A DNA stretch of 63,359 nt, filler included, from Sphacelaria rigidula (Eukaryota), in assembly GCA_964200075.2 (NCBI GenBank). It is 5 parts of 5 records of this genome, joined end to end, with 100 filler letters (N's around TTAATTAATTAA, not from the genome) between each part and the next. Parts side by side here need not be neighbours in the genome. Positions count along the whole stretch, not along the records: positions 12,695 to 25,287 come from CAXNAA020003590.1; positions 25,388 to 37,978 come from CAXNAA020003591.1; 3 more parts are not named here. One strand, written 5' to 3'. Positions 24,291 through 38,078 of the stretch are shown here, one piece after another; position 1 is the first letter of the stretch; every line of letters starts with the position of its first letter. The translations under genes were made by a program, and so were the position numbers. Under the pieces are notes generated by a model. That model did not search any database. It saw nothing but the letters and a program-made list of their open reading frames with translations, and was not told the DNA's origin.

Positions 24291-25287
24291 AGTCACCTGC
24301 GGTGTCTACGTGGGATATCCACGGGGGATATGCACGGGGGATATCCACCGGGGATATCCGTCTGTGATCCGAATATCGCAGGTGGATACATCTGGACTAT
24401 CCATGCGGGACATCATTTCCATGTGGGATTTGTATCGGAGTAGTCTGGGATATCCATCCGGTAAGCCATCTACACGCCGAACGTTTTTGTTCGTTTCAGA
24501 AAAACAAAGGGAGCGGGGAGAGGGGGGGAGGTGGGGGGGGGGCGTACTCGTTTGGTGCTTGCCTTAGTCGTGTGACCGTTGATCACGCATCTCTTTCGAG
24601 ACGGAGGGGAGGAGGTTCCCAGACGCGGGGATGAGGTAGGGGGACAGGGCTGTTGTTTCTCGTTCGAGTCCATGAGCTGTCAGAGTTCCACTTTTTGATC
24701 CGATCTGGCTCCTCTGTGACGTGGCTTTATTTCTCAAGGTTACATTTCCTCGAGTGAAACGACGAAATTGTCCCCGATTTCCGAGATCCTCTTTCGTTCC
24801 TCACGCCGGAGCGCTCAGCCTGTTTTTTTTTTTTTCTGCGCGTGTTTCGTGCGAGCGAACCGCTACCGCACACTGAGTAGTTCAAAGCACTGCCAGTACT
24901 ATTTGTCTAAAATACCGAACATTTAAGGAAGCCCTCGAGCATCTGCGCCGAACATACTCGCCTACTCGCCTCCGCGTCCCGGTGCTCTGAATTAAGAGGG
25001 TACAGCTGAACACGGCTAGGGCGGGAAATCGCGCGTTCGACCCCCGGCAGATGGAGACGTTTGTTCTTTTTTTCGTAGAAAAGCATCGAATATCCGTAAT
25101 TGTAAACGTGAGGGCGTGAGTGAATAGCACAGAAAATATCTTTGACGACAGTTGACGCAGTGCGGAAGTGCTTATCGACTTTGCGATACCAAACTGCAAG
25201 GACGTATTCTATTGCGCGCGCGCGCGGGGGGGGTTGTACTCGTGATCATGCATGCCATAGTCATAAGACCATTGACCTCGCATCCCT

Positions 25288-25387
25288 NNNNNNNNNNNNN
25301 NNNNNNNNNNNNNNNNNNNNNNNNNNNNNNNTTAATTAATTAANNNNNNNNNNNNNNNNNNNNNNNNNNNNNNNNNNNNNNNNNNNN
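25288..25387. other. Artificial contig spacer
   Basis: N44-TTAATTAATTAA-N44. Confidence 0.98.
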
Positions 25388-28300
25388 CTATCGTACTTTT
25401 CTTCCATACAGCCCTATCAACTATAGCTGGCAACCTCTTCGTATAACGAGACATAGGAGATATATCTAACAGCAGGGTTATATCCATGGCTGGACTTGGC
25501 CCATTACGGGACCGATGAATTTCGTAGATCCCGAAATTTCTTACGTGCCATGAATGCACAGACAACATGAAAAACAGCGAGCGCGGTTTCAGCTATCAAT
25601 GCGGTACTATAGATTCGGCCGCCCAGTACCCTTCCACTCTTCCATCCTTGGTGTGAAAACAAAAAACAACAAACCCGAAAACAAGGGGACGGTGGCGTTT
25701 GAACTCCAACGATGCAAGCCATCGTATGGATGACCAATGCCTTGCATAAGTCACACAGCGACTCCCGTCAATGCCCCACCCTCACTTAAGCGAGGGAGCG
25801 GTTTGAACCCTGGTTCTCTCCGCTTCTCTACTACTCAACCGTCCATCCCATCGGGGTAGAGTACTACCAAAAATGCACCTAGGGTCTGAGAAACATTTCG
25901 GTGCCCTTTTACCGTACATGCTATGTGCCACCATCAGATCAGATGCTAGATTCTAGGGTTTAATCGGGGTAGCTTTATATATCCCAATCTTTAGTCTTGG
26001 CTTTAGATCCCATCTCGACGCTTCTTCCAGGAGCGGAGGAGCAGACGTGAAGGAGGGAGAGGGGGCGCGAGAGCACCATCAGACGCACCTTTATTGGAGT
26101 GACGGCCGTACGTGGGGGCATGTTGTCGACCATCAGCCACCATAGCCCTGGGAACTATGGTCGGCCCCGAGTCATAACTGCCCAAACGAGCAAACGTTTG
26201 AGAGAAGCACACGTTTGAAAGATCCAGGTGGAAATAGGATCATATTAGTGAACACACGGTACACATCAGGTAGGCTGGTTTCATGTCCGGGTATCCCGTT
26301 CACAAAGGTAACCCCCAGCTTGCGTATCGAGAGTGCATGTGAGGTGTCAGCAAACATCGATGAATATATCAGTATATATTATAGTAAGACAGCTCGAGGG
26401 GGCTAACGAAATAGATAGGGCGATAGGACAGGGGGAAGGGCTAGGATGAAAGCATGCACACAAGAAAAAATGCTGCCGTGAAAAACAAAAATCGAAAATT
26501 CTGCTGCGGTTTATCACTTGTGTTGCACACCCCATGAATAATGACGACATGAACAAATATCAGACAAAGGTGTGCATATAGGAATTACCGCTGCACGTTT
26601 TCACTCCCGAGAGAGTTTACTTTGTGCAGCTCCCGAGACGACGGAAACGCGTGAACAAAACTCCTACCTGGCACCCATAAATCGGCAGGGCGTCCTTGCG
26701 GGTTCTGGTGAAAGTCAGATCAGATGTCATCTCGCCCGTCATAATCGCGATTCGATTATAGTCTCATGCATACTTCCATGTTGACAACGTTTTCAAAGAA
26801 AGAGTGACGGTAAACATCCAAATTGAAGAAAACGTACAACAGCAGAGCACACTGCACAGTCAGTTGTACTGCTGTGGCACGGTCCTGAGATCCAGCACCA
26901 TACTAAAACGCCCCGACAACAAACCGCGCAGTATAGCACACGAACGCAGTAGCTTAGAGCCACTGCGGCACATGCTTCACCAATGAAATCCCCCCCCGCC
27001 CAGTACACGCGCTGACGCACCCCATTGGGGGCGGTTCAGGCAAACGTCAGGTTACCTCACCACCTGCTCATGTACCGTGAATCACTCTTGCGGTTGCTGT
27101 AGCTGCTTGCCAAGGCCTCAGCACGGCTTTTATGATGGTATTCTGCTAATGTGTGAAGTACGTTTATTTACCCAACAAGGAATGGTGGCGGGGAAACTGT
27201 GAGAAGTGTCACCCCTTGATCTGGGCTTTGGCTAAGGTTCTGGAGTTTGAATACAATAATCAGATTTTTCACAGACCTGAATCCTACATCGAGTCTTGTC
27301 TCTAGCTTCGTCTTTTTATTCTAGAAAATAGGGTACACCACATTATGCCAGTCTTCGTGTCCATCATATATCATAAACCATGTTGTCATATAAGTGCTAA
27401 ATGCTTCTTGAGAACTGCACGTAAGGAGAGTCTGATGCGATGACCGGAACATACCTACATGCGATGGGTAGTTATCCAAGCAGGGGTCGAACTATATCGG
27501 TGCATTCGCACCACTGATGTCCAGCATCAATGAAAAGACTTGAAGTATAGGACAAATAATTACTCGTCCGACATTATTTGCTCTTAATTGCAATCGTTTG
27601 GTTCCGCACGAATCAACCCTTGGACTTTTTTTTCAGTGTTGACATCCCGGTACGCGCACCCCAGGCCCGTGAGATCGTGCAAAAAGTGCGCAGAGACTTT
27701 TTCGAGCCGCGCTCAACCTGTTCCTCTCTTTCGAGAAATCAGGCCTCAGAAACCTCACAAATCGTGGAATTTATTGTTCGGAACCAGCGATTGTTCATCC
27801 GATCCTTGATAATTTTGACTGATAATCGCTCCTTTACTCATCCGCCATGCCTGATTCCAATATTTGTGTTTTTGATCGCACTTTGAACCCACCCCCTTTC
27901 TCGGGACGAGTCCGTGGTCTAACAGTCTCAAGGGATCAACCTGTCTCTCCCCGGTACACGCCTTGCATTTTGGTCTCGCGGATTGGATCATGACCATCAG
28001 CACTCCCGCACCGCGCCAACTCACGTCAGACAGACTCAGTCAACTATAACTTTGTTTACTCACGTTCTCACGCTTTCCACGGCGGGTGGAAATCAGATGC
28101 TGCGAAAAAGAAACTCAACGCATCGGGAATCGAACCCTCGTTCTCTCCACCCAAATGGCGACAGTCGGACCATTAGATAGGCGTGCCAAAGCTCAACCAA
28201 CGCAAACACTCTCTGAAACGACCTCGAGAAAGTGCCGAGACGGGAAGAAAAGAGAAGAAACGAGAGATGACAAGGATACTGGAAGAAAAGAACGCAAAGA

Positions 28301-28689
28301 ACGAAGAGAACGGGAGGAATAGCGACGAATGGATGCAGTGCCAGACCGAGATGAGGCACCCGTCGGGACGGAAAAATCCGGACGACTTCTGTCACGTGGC
28401 CTTAGGTCATCGGCTGTACAAACCCCAGGTTGCGGAAGCAGGTTGCGACCCAGGTATCTGGGGCCACACTTTGTTGGGACGAACTCTTACCCGGCAACTC
28501 TGCGGGAGAGAGCTACACACACGGTATTTTACTGCTTCAAGAAAACAATAGAGTAAAACAATATCACAGAAATTAGAAGGAGTAAGAAAGAGGGGAGGGG
28601 GGAGCTAGGGAACATAAGTAGCATTGCGAGAAACGGAAAGAAGCCAACAATGCATAGAATACAGCAGACGTATCAGTTTGCGCGCTACC

Positions 28690-29870
28690 TTCCCATCCCT
28701 ATGGAGGGAAAAGGCAGCATATTGTTTTGGTCATTTCCCTCTAGGATTCCCCGCGAACTGCTGTTCCTGTTGTGCCAGCAGCAAAGGCTCTCCTGTCGGC
28801 TGTCAAAGCAAGAGCCTCTTGCGTGTGACGTGAGTGATACCGAAGGTCTTCGCATCGTCACGCCTCCGCGACCCCCCCCGCCCCCTCCTATCCTTTCGAC
28901 TCCAGGTGTCCATTGCCCACGTTTTGGGAGGCGGTGACCCAATAACACAATTTTTTGCGCTCCACGCCGGTCCTCTTGGAGGTGATCACCCCTGTGTTTC
29001 AAACGCCGGCCAGCCGCTTTGTGCCCTTGCGGGGCCTACGACTCGAACATGATGCACTCCGGGAGATGTCCTGTACTGAGTTGGATAAAGGCCACCACGA
29101 GCCGAAGCTGACGATTGCGGATACTCCTCTCGACACGTTCGCGTTTGCTCATCTCGAGTGCAGTCATGTACTGAAAGGGTTCTGTGTCCACCGCAATCCT
29201 TGCCGTGGAAGCCAACTGCTTGCAGACAACCCTTGTGATGGGCATTGTTGTGCAGACTGTCGACAGTTTCTTATGATGTAGCGTAAACATAGCACACGTC
29301 ACACAGCAAAGCTTTCACCACCTCGTCTCCGAGCAGCCGGAGTTTCAGCAAGAACTGAGCATCGGGGAAACCGCAGACTTGGGAGCTATACCTTCGGGCG
29401 CGTGCCCTTGCAGCGCTGATGCAGCGCTTGATTGGTAATTTACGGACCGTATCTCCGGGTTTACACTGCCCTACCTCGCGGATTTTAGGCTGTACGACTT
29501 GCTCGCATCCACTATCTTTATACGTTATCGCTCGTTCATGGATTCGAGCCTGGTGGGGGTGCGCCGACGTCTGTTACGTGCGGATCGGCCAAGGAGTCGT
29601 CCTGTGGCGCACATGATATTGCAGTCTGCGTCCGGCGAGTTGGGTGGTTGCATGTGGAGAGTGATAGGCCAACAAGCCAGTGGCGGACTTGCTGTGTGGT
29701 GTAATCAATACGGATTTTGTCCGCGGAACGGCTCGCAATGTCAATAAAGGTACGCAGCGTGCCTCTCTTGGGACGAAGAAAATCGACCACAACAAGCTTG
29801 TTCCATGCCTGCAAGTTTGAGTGATGCAGTGCTGTCGCCACCTACTGTGTGCCCCTACTACTTTACGATT
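28690..29870 (-). pseudogene. Internally deleted RTE-like LINE (endonuclease end fused to post-RT region)
   Basis: TF..SADKIRIDY (APE endonuclease motif) at ~29700, then IKRCISAARARARRYSSQ..LKLRLLGDEVVKALL and SIRNRQLRLVVAFIQLSTGHLPECIMF. RT core is absent. Confidence 0.7.
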
Positions 29871-30412
29871 CTCTTCTACTCGTCAAAGCCCAACAGTAGA
29901 GTCAGGGTTTACTATACGTCGAACACCATCGACATGGAAGGCTCGCTGACGAATGCTGTGTCCATGTCATCTTCTCGATGGTTGACTCTTTGACTGCGAC
30001 CTCAGCAACAGGCTGTCCAGCTCTTTCCTTACCTCCTTTCGCTTCACAGCAGAAGGCGCAGTATCTTGCGGCACCGAACTCGGTTTCGCCCGGGCGTCAC
30101 TTGTCTCCTGTGGTCCGAAAGTATCATAACCTATCGCTGTGTACTTCGGCGGAACAACATCCGCATGATCAGCCCTGATCTGTCTCGTCAAGGACAAGAA
30201 GCTCCGCGATAGGGGACCTAGCTCTAACTCCATCAATACCGACATGCTTAACTATTTCGCCTCACTCGTTGAACTCACCCTCAGTCTGATCTACGTTAAG
30301 AGCCATTCATTACTGTACCATTCTTCTGTCATGCGATCACGGCTGGACCCATGGGTGGTCAGTTGAAGTGCGACAATCAATCAATCAACCAATCAATCAA
30401 CCAATCAATCAA

Positions 30413-30444
<32 letters not shown>

Positions 30445-31359
30445 CCTAAATTTCGGTTTCACGGGGAGGGTGCAACCGTCCCAGCCCGCGTCGAGCCCTA
30501 GCTCCAGCCCACCGATTTCAACGCCTTTTCACTCGCGAATTCTCTCCGCCGACCGGCCCCTCGTGACATTTGTCGCAACTCTGGGTTAAAGTCTGCAGCT
30601 AGGGGCTTGAGTTTGGGCCTCGCCGCGGGGTCAATCTCCGCAACTGCGGAATTGAGCTTCAACGCTATCGACGTGCCATAACTCTATTTCATGCTTATGG
30701 TTGTATCCTTCTTTTGCAGGTTCGGTGTGTCTCCCCTCACGCAGCCAGCCCCCGTCGGGCGGCAAATGGGAGAGGAGCTAGTGTCTACGTGTGAGTCTTG
30801 CAATAGGTTGAAAGTCGAAACACGTATTGATCCCACTACATGGACCACCTGACAGGCCCATTCTGGCATCCGATGTGCATCGCTTACCTTCCAGACTTCA
30901 GTGGTCCATCGCCAGAAACATTCGGAAATGGTTGCCCCGATCTTGTTGTTGTTATACCGGTGGTTTCGGGTCCCAGTCCGGCGTCTGTGAGTTCTCGCTC
31001 GATATCTTCTGCTTCGAACGCGCTCGGGTCCATAAACATGGTTGCTACTGGGGCGTGGGCATTGGGAAACGCGGTGGAAGGGGGGAAGTGCGTCGGGGAT
31101 CAATGCGACATTGTTCGGGAGGTAGGTAACCCGCGATTCCCCGGTTGTCGGACGTGTAACCTCCTCTCTCTACTCGGGACGAGCACGCAGTCTCGAACGA
31201 TCGACCCACATATCCCTCGGTATCTGCAATGTAACGTGCTGTCGAGTATGAGATGCGTACTCCCGCAATCCCAACTCTCATCCAAGTATTCTGCTAGCGA
31301 GTCTTTCTACGATAGCCCCCCACCACCACCACCAAACCCAGCCCAACACTGTCAAGAGG

Positions 31360-31570
31360 AAAATGGTCATACAGCGCCTGGTGTTTGGTTTCAGACTGCA
31401 TGAAGCGCTTCATATGGGCTACATTGGCGGAAATAAACACCAGCGTGGGAATTTCCAGCTACTCGTTGTCCTCGGCTTTTATCATTTCAATTTACGCGCA
31501 GATTTTTCCTTCTCAAACCAGCAACTCGTTTTAGAGGGGGGCTACCGTAGAAAGTGTCCAGCGCGCGTTC
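31360..31570 (+). repeat. Dispersed repeat
   Basis: AAAATGG.CATACAGCGCCTG.TGTTTGG..CAG.CT.CATGAAGCGC..CATATGGG, also at 56540-56745(+) and 62750-62930(-). Confidence 0.7.
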
Positions 31571-31580
31571 CCACTTATTT

Positions 31581-31802
31581 CCGGGATATACACGTTACAC
31601 GTGCCACAGCGTTACACGTTACGTTCACGTTACGTTTTGGCCGAAACGTAACGTGAACGTAAAAAAATAAACACCTGACGAACGTAACGTGAACGTAACG
31701 TTCATTTTTTTCAACGTGACAGATGTAACGTAACGTGAACGTTATTTTTTTATTACGTGATGAAAGTAACGTGAACGTGAACGTGTAAGGTGTATATCCC
31801 TG
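31581..31802. mobile_element. hAT-like MITE built from ACGTTACGTTC/GAACGTAACGT subrepeats
   Basis: TIR CCGGGATATACACGTTACACG / CGTGTAAGGTGTATATCCCTG (CAGGG-type end). Imperfect 8-bp flanks ACTTATTT/ATAAATTT. Confidence 0.65.
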
Positions 31803-34800
31803 ATAAATTTCTGTCGGCACCAGAATCCATACAATCCGCCGGAACTATCGTCGATGTATGTATCATTTCTCCCGCCGGAGCGCTCCGGTATATCGTGTTC
31901 GCCGCTCCCATCTTCGGCGAGCGATGAGGGGTTGTTATCTATTAGCATATTGACTCCATGATCATACGAGTGTGTGGTTACTCTGGTGAAACGATAAGCG
32001 TTCGTGAGAGGGGGTTAGGATCCGTATTCGCGATTGGGTCGATTTTGAACGCGGCTGGCTTGGGGTGGGCTGCGGAGAACGCTCAGAACTCCATGTGTGC
32101 TGTAATACTTGGAAGCTTTCACATTCGATATATGGGAGGCTATGGTATCTGTTTTCATTTTTCTGGGGAATAGCCGCTGCGACCCGGTGGTGTAATGGTC
32201 CGACGGTCGCCATCAGGGTGGGGAAAACGAGGGTTCGATCCCCGATGCGTTGGGCTTGTTCTTCGTAATGTATGATTTCCACCGTGGAAAGCGTGAGAAC
32301 NNNNNNNNNNGTGAACAAAGTAGTCGACTGGATTTGTGTGACGTGAGTTGACGCGGTGCGGGAGTGCTGACCCAATCCGCGAGCCCAAGATGTAAGGCGC
32401 ATACCGGGCGAGAGATGGGTTGATTCCTCGAGACCATGGACTCATCCCGAGGAAGGGGAGGAGTTCGAAGTGCGAGGGGAAAAAAAAGAAGAAGCTGCGA
32501 TTGGATCAGCACAACTCCTGGGCATAAAAGTCATGAGCTGGACCGTTTTGCCATGATTTCATCAAGTCTCTCCCCCACGAAACCTCTCTGAACCGTGGTC
32601 CACTTAACTACTCCGATTCTGCCCCCTGTCCCTTGATGTGAGCATTTTGGGTCGACCTATGTCTTTGCCCGGCGTGAGCACCATAACTTCTGATGTTCTT
32701 GGCATGTCTACCGATAATATCGAGGTATCGGCTGCCCCAACCCATAGCGCCAAAAGCTTCTCTTCTCTCAGCGATACACGACCCTAAAGGGAATAGCGCC
32801 AGATTCGACCGTCACATTACGACCCGGTTGATTGTGTGGACGCGCTGCACTATTCATCTTGCGTATGCCTGTACGTATGTCGCGACGTGACCGTATATCT
32901 GCGTGTACGGAGCACGACAGAATGCTGTCGGGAATCAAACCACACGTGCAAGGTACACGTCTGATAACTTGTGCGTATGGACGTTTGGTTCGACAGGAGT
33001 ATCAGTCTGGGTATGCGCAGGATAACACCATCACCTTGAGAGTCGAATCACGCGTCGGAGCTTCTCGTATGTGTTAGGCGAGAAACCTATATGAAAAACC
33101 CTGATGTGATGTGTGTTCGCGCTTCGGGCATCCTCTTGGCTCGAAAAGAGGGCGAATAGGCGAATAGCGCAAAGCTTGGAAATATTTGCTCGATTCTTTT
33201 GGGAGATTCCCGCGGCGTCGCAGAAGTAGTGAACGCAGTAAAGCTCTGTTTTGGGAGAGGGCTTTTCGCGCAAAACAGGGCCACGTGAAGCTCGGGAAAG
33301 AAGCAAAAATTACTCGGGAAAATCGAAGATGTGAAACGATTCAGTCTTACGATTCGTTTTTAACGGACGACACTCCCCCGGACCTAGTGTTGAACGGCGT
33401 GTACGAACAGACGGCGATGCGCGATGAACTTAATTCGAGGTAGAAGGCAACGCCATTTTAGGCTGGCGTAGTCTGCCGAGCCCTCTCTTTATGCAAAACA
33501 TTAAACCGAAGCGCCGGAAAAGCGACAACTACAGCTACCTCGCAAATACAATTTTACTTCAAACCGCACGAGGCAACCCAACGAATGGCAACACAGAATA
33601 GTTGCCCGTTTGAGGATAATAGCGAGACCATCACATCATAGGTGCACACCTTCAACTCCGACGTTTTATCCCGATCACAACACCTCCACTCCTGCGCCCT
33701 TACCTCCTTGAGGGCCCACAGGTGAGTAACCTTGCCCGGCAGCTATGTTTCAAGTTACAAATGATCTTGTGTTGGCATGGTGTTCACTTGAAAATAATCG
33801 TCAGGCGTGGCTGCCCACCTGTGAACGCTGAAAGGGCCAAGTCCTTTGACCACGAACCCTCCCGGGATCGCCCAAAGTCGCCCATGATCAATTTGCCTTC
33901 GGAACTAATATTTTCAAGTGAAATCCCAGGCAATTCCACGTCAATAGACACGGGGTCAGCATTCGCAGAGAAGTGAGTACGGGAAAGCTCCCGGCCCGTT
34001 CGGAGCCACGTCGAGTGTATTCGCGTAGTGGTTTTCGTTGGGTTCATGCTTTTGTACTCCGAAGCGGTGCACACCCGCAACCACGGCTGCTGCGATACGC
34101 GCAAGGAACATAATCACTGCCTATGCTTTCGCAGTCTCGACACTTTAGGGGCAGTGCTGGCACTGGTCGAGCACGTTATGTTGATGTACTGCATGCCACA
34201 TCCTGTCACTTTATCGTACTGTATGATATTGCTGGACGAAAGCCGCTAGTTCTTACACCTTCAAGGCCCCAGCGGTCGGACTACCGTTGTGACCCGATCA
34301 GTTTAGTCTGTCCAGTCCCGAATTCGCTTCATCCGTAGCGGAAAAAACAGCGCGACGGAACCAATACCGTTTTTCTGTGCTTTCGACGGTTGCTGTAGTC
34401 CCGCAGCAGTAGGCTTTCATCCTCCCACGCGGTGTATTACAGAGAGTATGCCCTCTTACTTGCTCTCCGCAGCAGGGTCACAAACCCTTTAGGAAGGCTT
34501 CACCTTCCTAATGTTTGCAAAGGTGCTTGGGGTAGGGTAAGGTACCGCGTGGGGTATTTTGGGGTGTTCGATTCACGGGTGATCTGAAATACTGAGTTTT
34601 TAGCGTTGTCGCTACTCCGAGTGGACCGTAACACTACTGTAGGTATTTCCGGCCGTCGATTTCCTGACCATGCAGAGTACTTGCTACTTGTATTCAATAT
34701 TTCCAGATTCTAGCCTGGGTATTTCGACCGGCGCGCACCCGAGGTATCGCGAGGTACCCAGTGCCTTTGGCAGTCGATTCCCTGTGCACCCAGTAACCAT

Positions 34801-36992
34801 TTGACATAGCGAAGGTCTTGAACTACAGCGCTGTGTAAGTCGTGTCCCTTGGCACCCCACAATTTTGCGGTACCTTTCGCGCGAAGGGTCGTGGACACAC
34901 AGGCTGCTTCGCGGAAGAATACTCGATTTCGTCGGCAAACGATTGGTGTTGAAATATGCATCGTATCACTCACAGCCGAAAAAGTGCGATTTTCTCTCGG
35001 CAACCCTACCATATGCCCCACAATCTCAGAACATTTTCCCGGTCGTTTTATTCCCCAGACCGTTTGTAAGAGTCATGACATGAGCGTTATGAAGATGTTT
35101 TCGAATCAAGGCTGGAGCCACCAGTCTCTGATTGTTTTCTATTACCTTGATCTCATCGGTTTCTCTCCGTCATAAGTTTGACGGGAAAAATTCCACATCT
35201 TGCTCGAATCCTCAGGACTGGTTCGAGGTTTAAGAGACAACAAAACACCATACGTGTTCCTGGAGGCAAGACTGGGGTCGCTAGCATGTGGGTCGTCACA
35301 GTTCCGGTCGGTTTTACGGATTCCTTGGGGTCACAATTACCCCGAGTCCATATTCTCGGAGCAATTCCACGTTCGCTGAAGCCTTCACGCCGGGTTTGGG
35401 AGTTTTGAGACGATATTGCACCACCGTATTCCTGGAGGCAAGCCAAATGTCGACAGCGTCTAGGTTGTGGGACTTTCCGCCGATTCCACCGGTTGCTTGG
35501 CAGTAGAATGTATGCGAAGTGGCCGAAATATTTGCATGGTTGAATAGTTCTTGGTTTCACTGTAGATTACCACGTTCTGATCTTTCGGGGGCTGACAGTC
35601 CTTGGTGCCCACCAACGTGCGCAGGACGAGTTTTCGCCCAGTTCAACGCTCAGATCGGCGCTGTCGATTTACGTCTTGCCAACGCACCCTTTGCCCAGGA
35701 TACCGTACGCATCTCCTTTACATGAGGGTTCTCGGCATAGCTTGGGTTGGGGTTGGAATTAGGTTTAGTGTTGTACATTGACAAAAACGAATCGTTATTT
35801 TCAATCATGGAACGTTTCGACCAGTTCGTGCAGACGTACCTCTTTCGTGAGGTGATGAGACACCGGGACTCCAAATTATCGGGACAATGTGTTCGTTTCA
35901 GTTTCGTTAATCTTAGGTACGTCTGTCATGTGACCACGGCTGGACCCCTGGGGGTCGGTTACAGTGCGACGATCAATCGATCAATCAAAAATCGAATGCC
36001 ACGTCTAGGGTATCCCGAAACCGCCTCGACGAGTACAGCAGGGTTTTCGAACGTGCCAACATCCGCCTACCCCTCATTCAGGGTGTAAAACGACGAAGAA
36101 GGACCAAAACGGCATATTCTTAGGATATGTTTTTGTTCGCCATATGAAGCAGTCCAATAAGACCATTCCTTACGGTTGGTATTTTGTGGAATGTATTTTT
36201 CACTTTTGGCCCATTTGACACGGTTTTTGGTCTTCAAACAGGAAATATCGCCATCGCACGTCTGGGAAACTTTGCATCACCCCACCGAGAGGAATCCAGC
36301 TCACTTTTCCCACATCCGCTTGGCTCCGAGGTTTAGAAAATAAACTCGGAAGACAAACACAGCTCGACAAAATGCGGTGACTGCAGTCTTTTTTTTTTTT
36401 TTCCACAATGTGCTGACATTCTTTCATGTCCAGCTGAACATTTGTTCAGAGGCCATTGTCGGAACCTCGCAGCCGAGCGAATAAAAAAATTGGGCTAGAC
36501 TCCTCTCTGTGGGGTGATACTAAGCGTCCACGACTTGCCATGACGATGTTCCCTGTTCAGTGGCGAAAACATGGATCAAACGCCCAAAACTGGAAACTAT
36601 ATCTAAACGTACCGCCGCGCCCGGGTGGTGCAATGGTCTGTCTGTCCCCATTCGGGTGGAGAGAATGACGGTTCGAATCCCGACGCGGTGGTTTTTTTCT
36701 TCCAAGTATATGACTACCATCGCCGAGAGCGTTGGTACGTGAGTAAATAAATTTGAAGCAGTTCGCTGAATTTGTTCGACGAGAGTTGACGCGGTACGGG
36801 AGTGCTGATAGTCATTACCCAATCCGCGAGACTAAAATACCAGGGCGTGTACCGGGGAGAGATAGGCTGATCCGTTGAGACCATGGGTTCGTCTGGAGGA
36901 AGGATACGGGTTCAAAGTGCGACAAAAATAATAAAACAAGTAATACGTGACATGCTACCTCCCTCCCTCCTCCTCCCGTCCCCTGCTCCTTA

Positions 36993-37904
36993 GGTGGTGT
37001 CTTAGCACATCACTTTTCGATCGAAAAAGTGCGGTGGAAAACAAATACGAGCTGGGCCAGCTTAATCCTTGGATGACGAGAAAAGGTCATCTGTTGAATC
37101 GGCATCAAATTCACTTGAAAAAAATATGCACGATCCCGATGAACTACCCTCGCGGTCTGAGGGTTAAAAACGGCTAAAAGTTGCCCACACCACCGCTTTC
37201 CCAGTTTCCCGAATGAACTCGATGTGAGCATATCAACTGCAGAACCACCTGATGCCAAAGGACTGCGTCGCTGTTCCATTGGCGTTGTATTGCCGACGAT
37301 GTTGTTGTACTGTATAGGGTACGGGGTGCGTCTGATACCGTTGGGCGATACGTGACGTGTCGGAGTGCGTTTTTTTTTTGTAATGCGGTGGGTTCACGTC
37401 AGCCATCACCCCGCACTGGGTATACGTGGGGTCCAGCGGCGTCACGCAAAACGTCGCACGCACGGCTCGATTCGACGACTCTTGAGCTGAAATTTCACGA
37501 AGACCTTCGGCACCCAAGGAAATGATACATGCCGGGAGCAGCTGCAGATAATCATTTTTCCCCCGAATTAGGACATGATCTTGTTTTTGCTGAAATTTTA
37601 AATAGCCATAACTTCCTTATTTTTTCGTTCATTTTTTGCTGCTCTCGGGATGATCTGCATGTCGATCGATCATAACAATCTGCTGTCAAAATTTCAGCGT
37701 CCGACTCCTAATTTTACGCCGTGCGTCGCCTGAGAGAGAAAACTACCCACTGTTGGCTGGGCTAGCTCGTATTGCGATCTGATATATCGTGATTTGAACC
37801 ATCTTCAAAACAAACTGCGATAGTTGAAATCAAGAATATCATATTAGAGTTTTCTGTTTCCACGGCACATTTTCGATCGAAAACTAATGTGTTAAGACAC
37901 GCCC
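36993..37904. mobile_element. PIF/Harbinger (Tourist-like) non-autonomous element
   Basis: TTA TSD on both sides. TIR GGTGGTGTCTTAGCACATCACTTTTCGATCGAAAAAGTG / CACATTTTCGATCGAAAACTAATGTGTTAAGACACGCCC. Related left end at ~9722. Confidence 0.75.
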
Positions 37905-37978
37905 TTAAACAGCGGATCATCTATGTTGAGGATGGAGATTTTCATTGAGGATGAGAACCCGCAGGATTAAAATCTTCG

Positions 37979-38078
37979 NNNNNNNNNNNNNNNNNNNNNN
38001 NNNNNNNNNNNNNNNNNNNNNNTTAATTAATTAANNNNNNNNNNNNNNNNNNNNNNNNNNNNNNNNNNNNNNNNNNNN
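37979..38078. other. Artificial contig spacer
   Basis: N44-TTAATTAATTAA-N44. Confidence 0.98.

Noticed and set aside
30720-30790. Exon-like segment (..FGVSPLTQ..) as the missing DVR last exon
   Set aside because: Wrong phase, no DVR similarity beyond two residues, and on a different contig.
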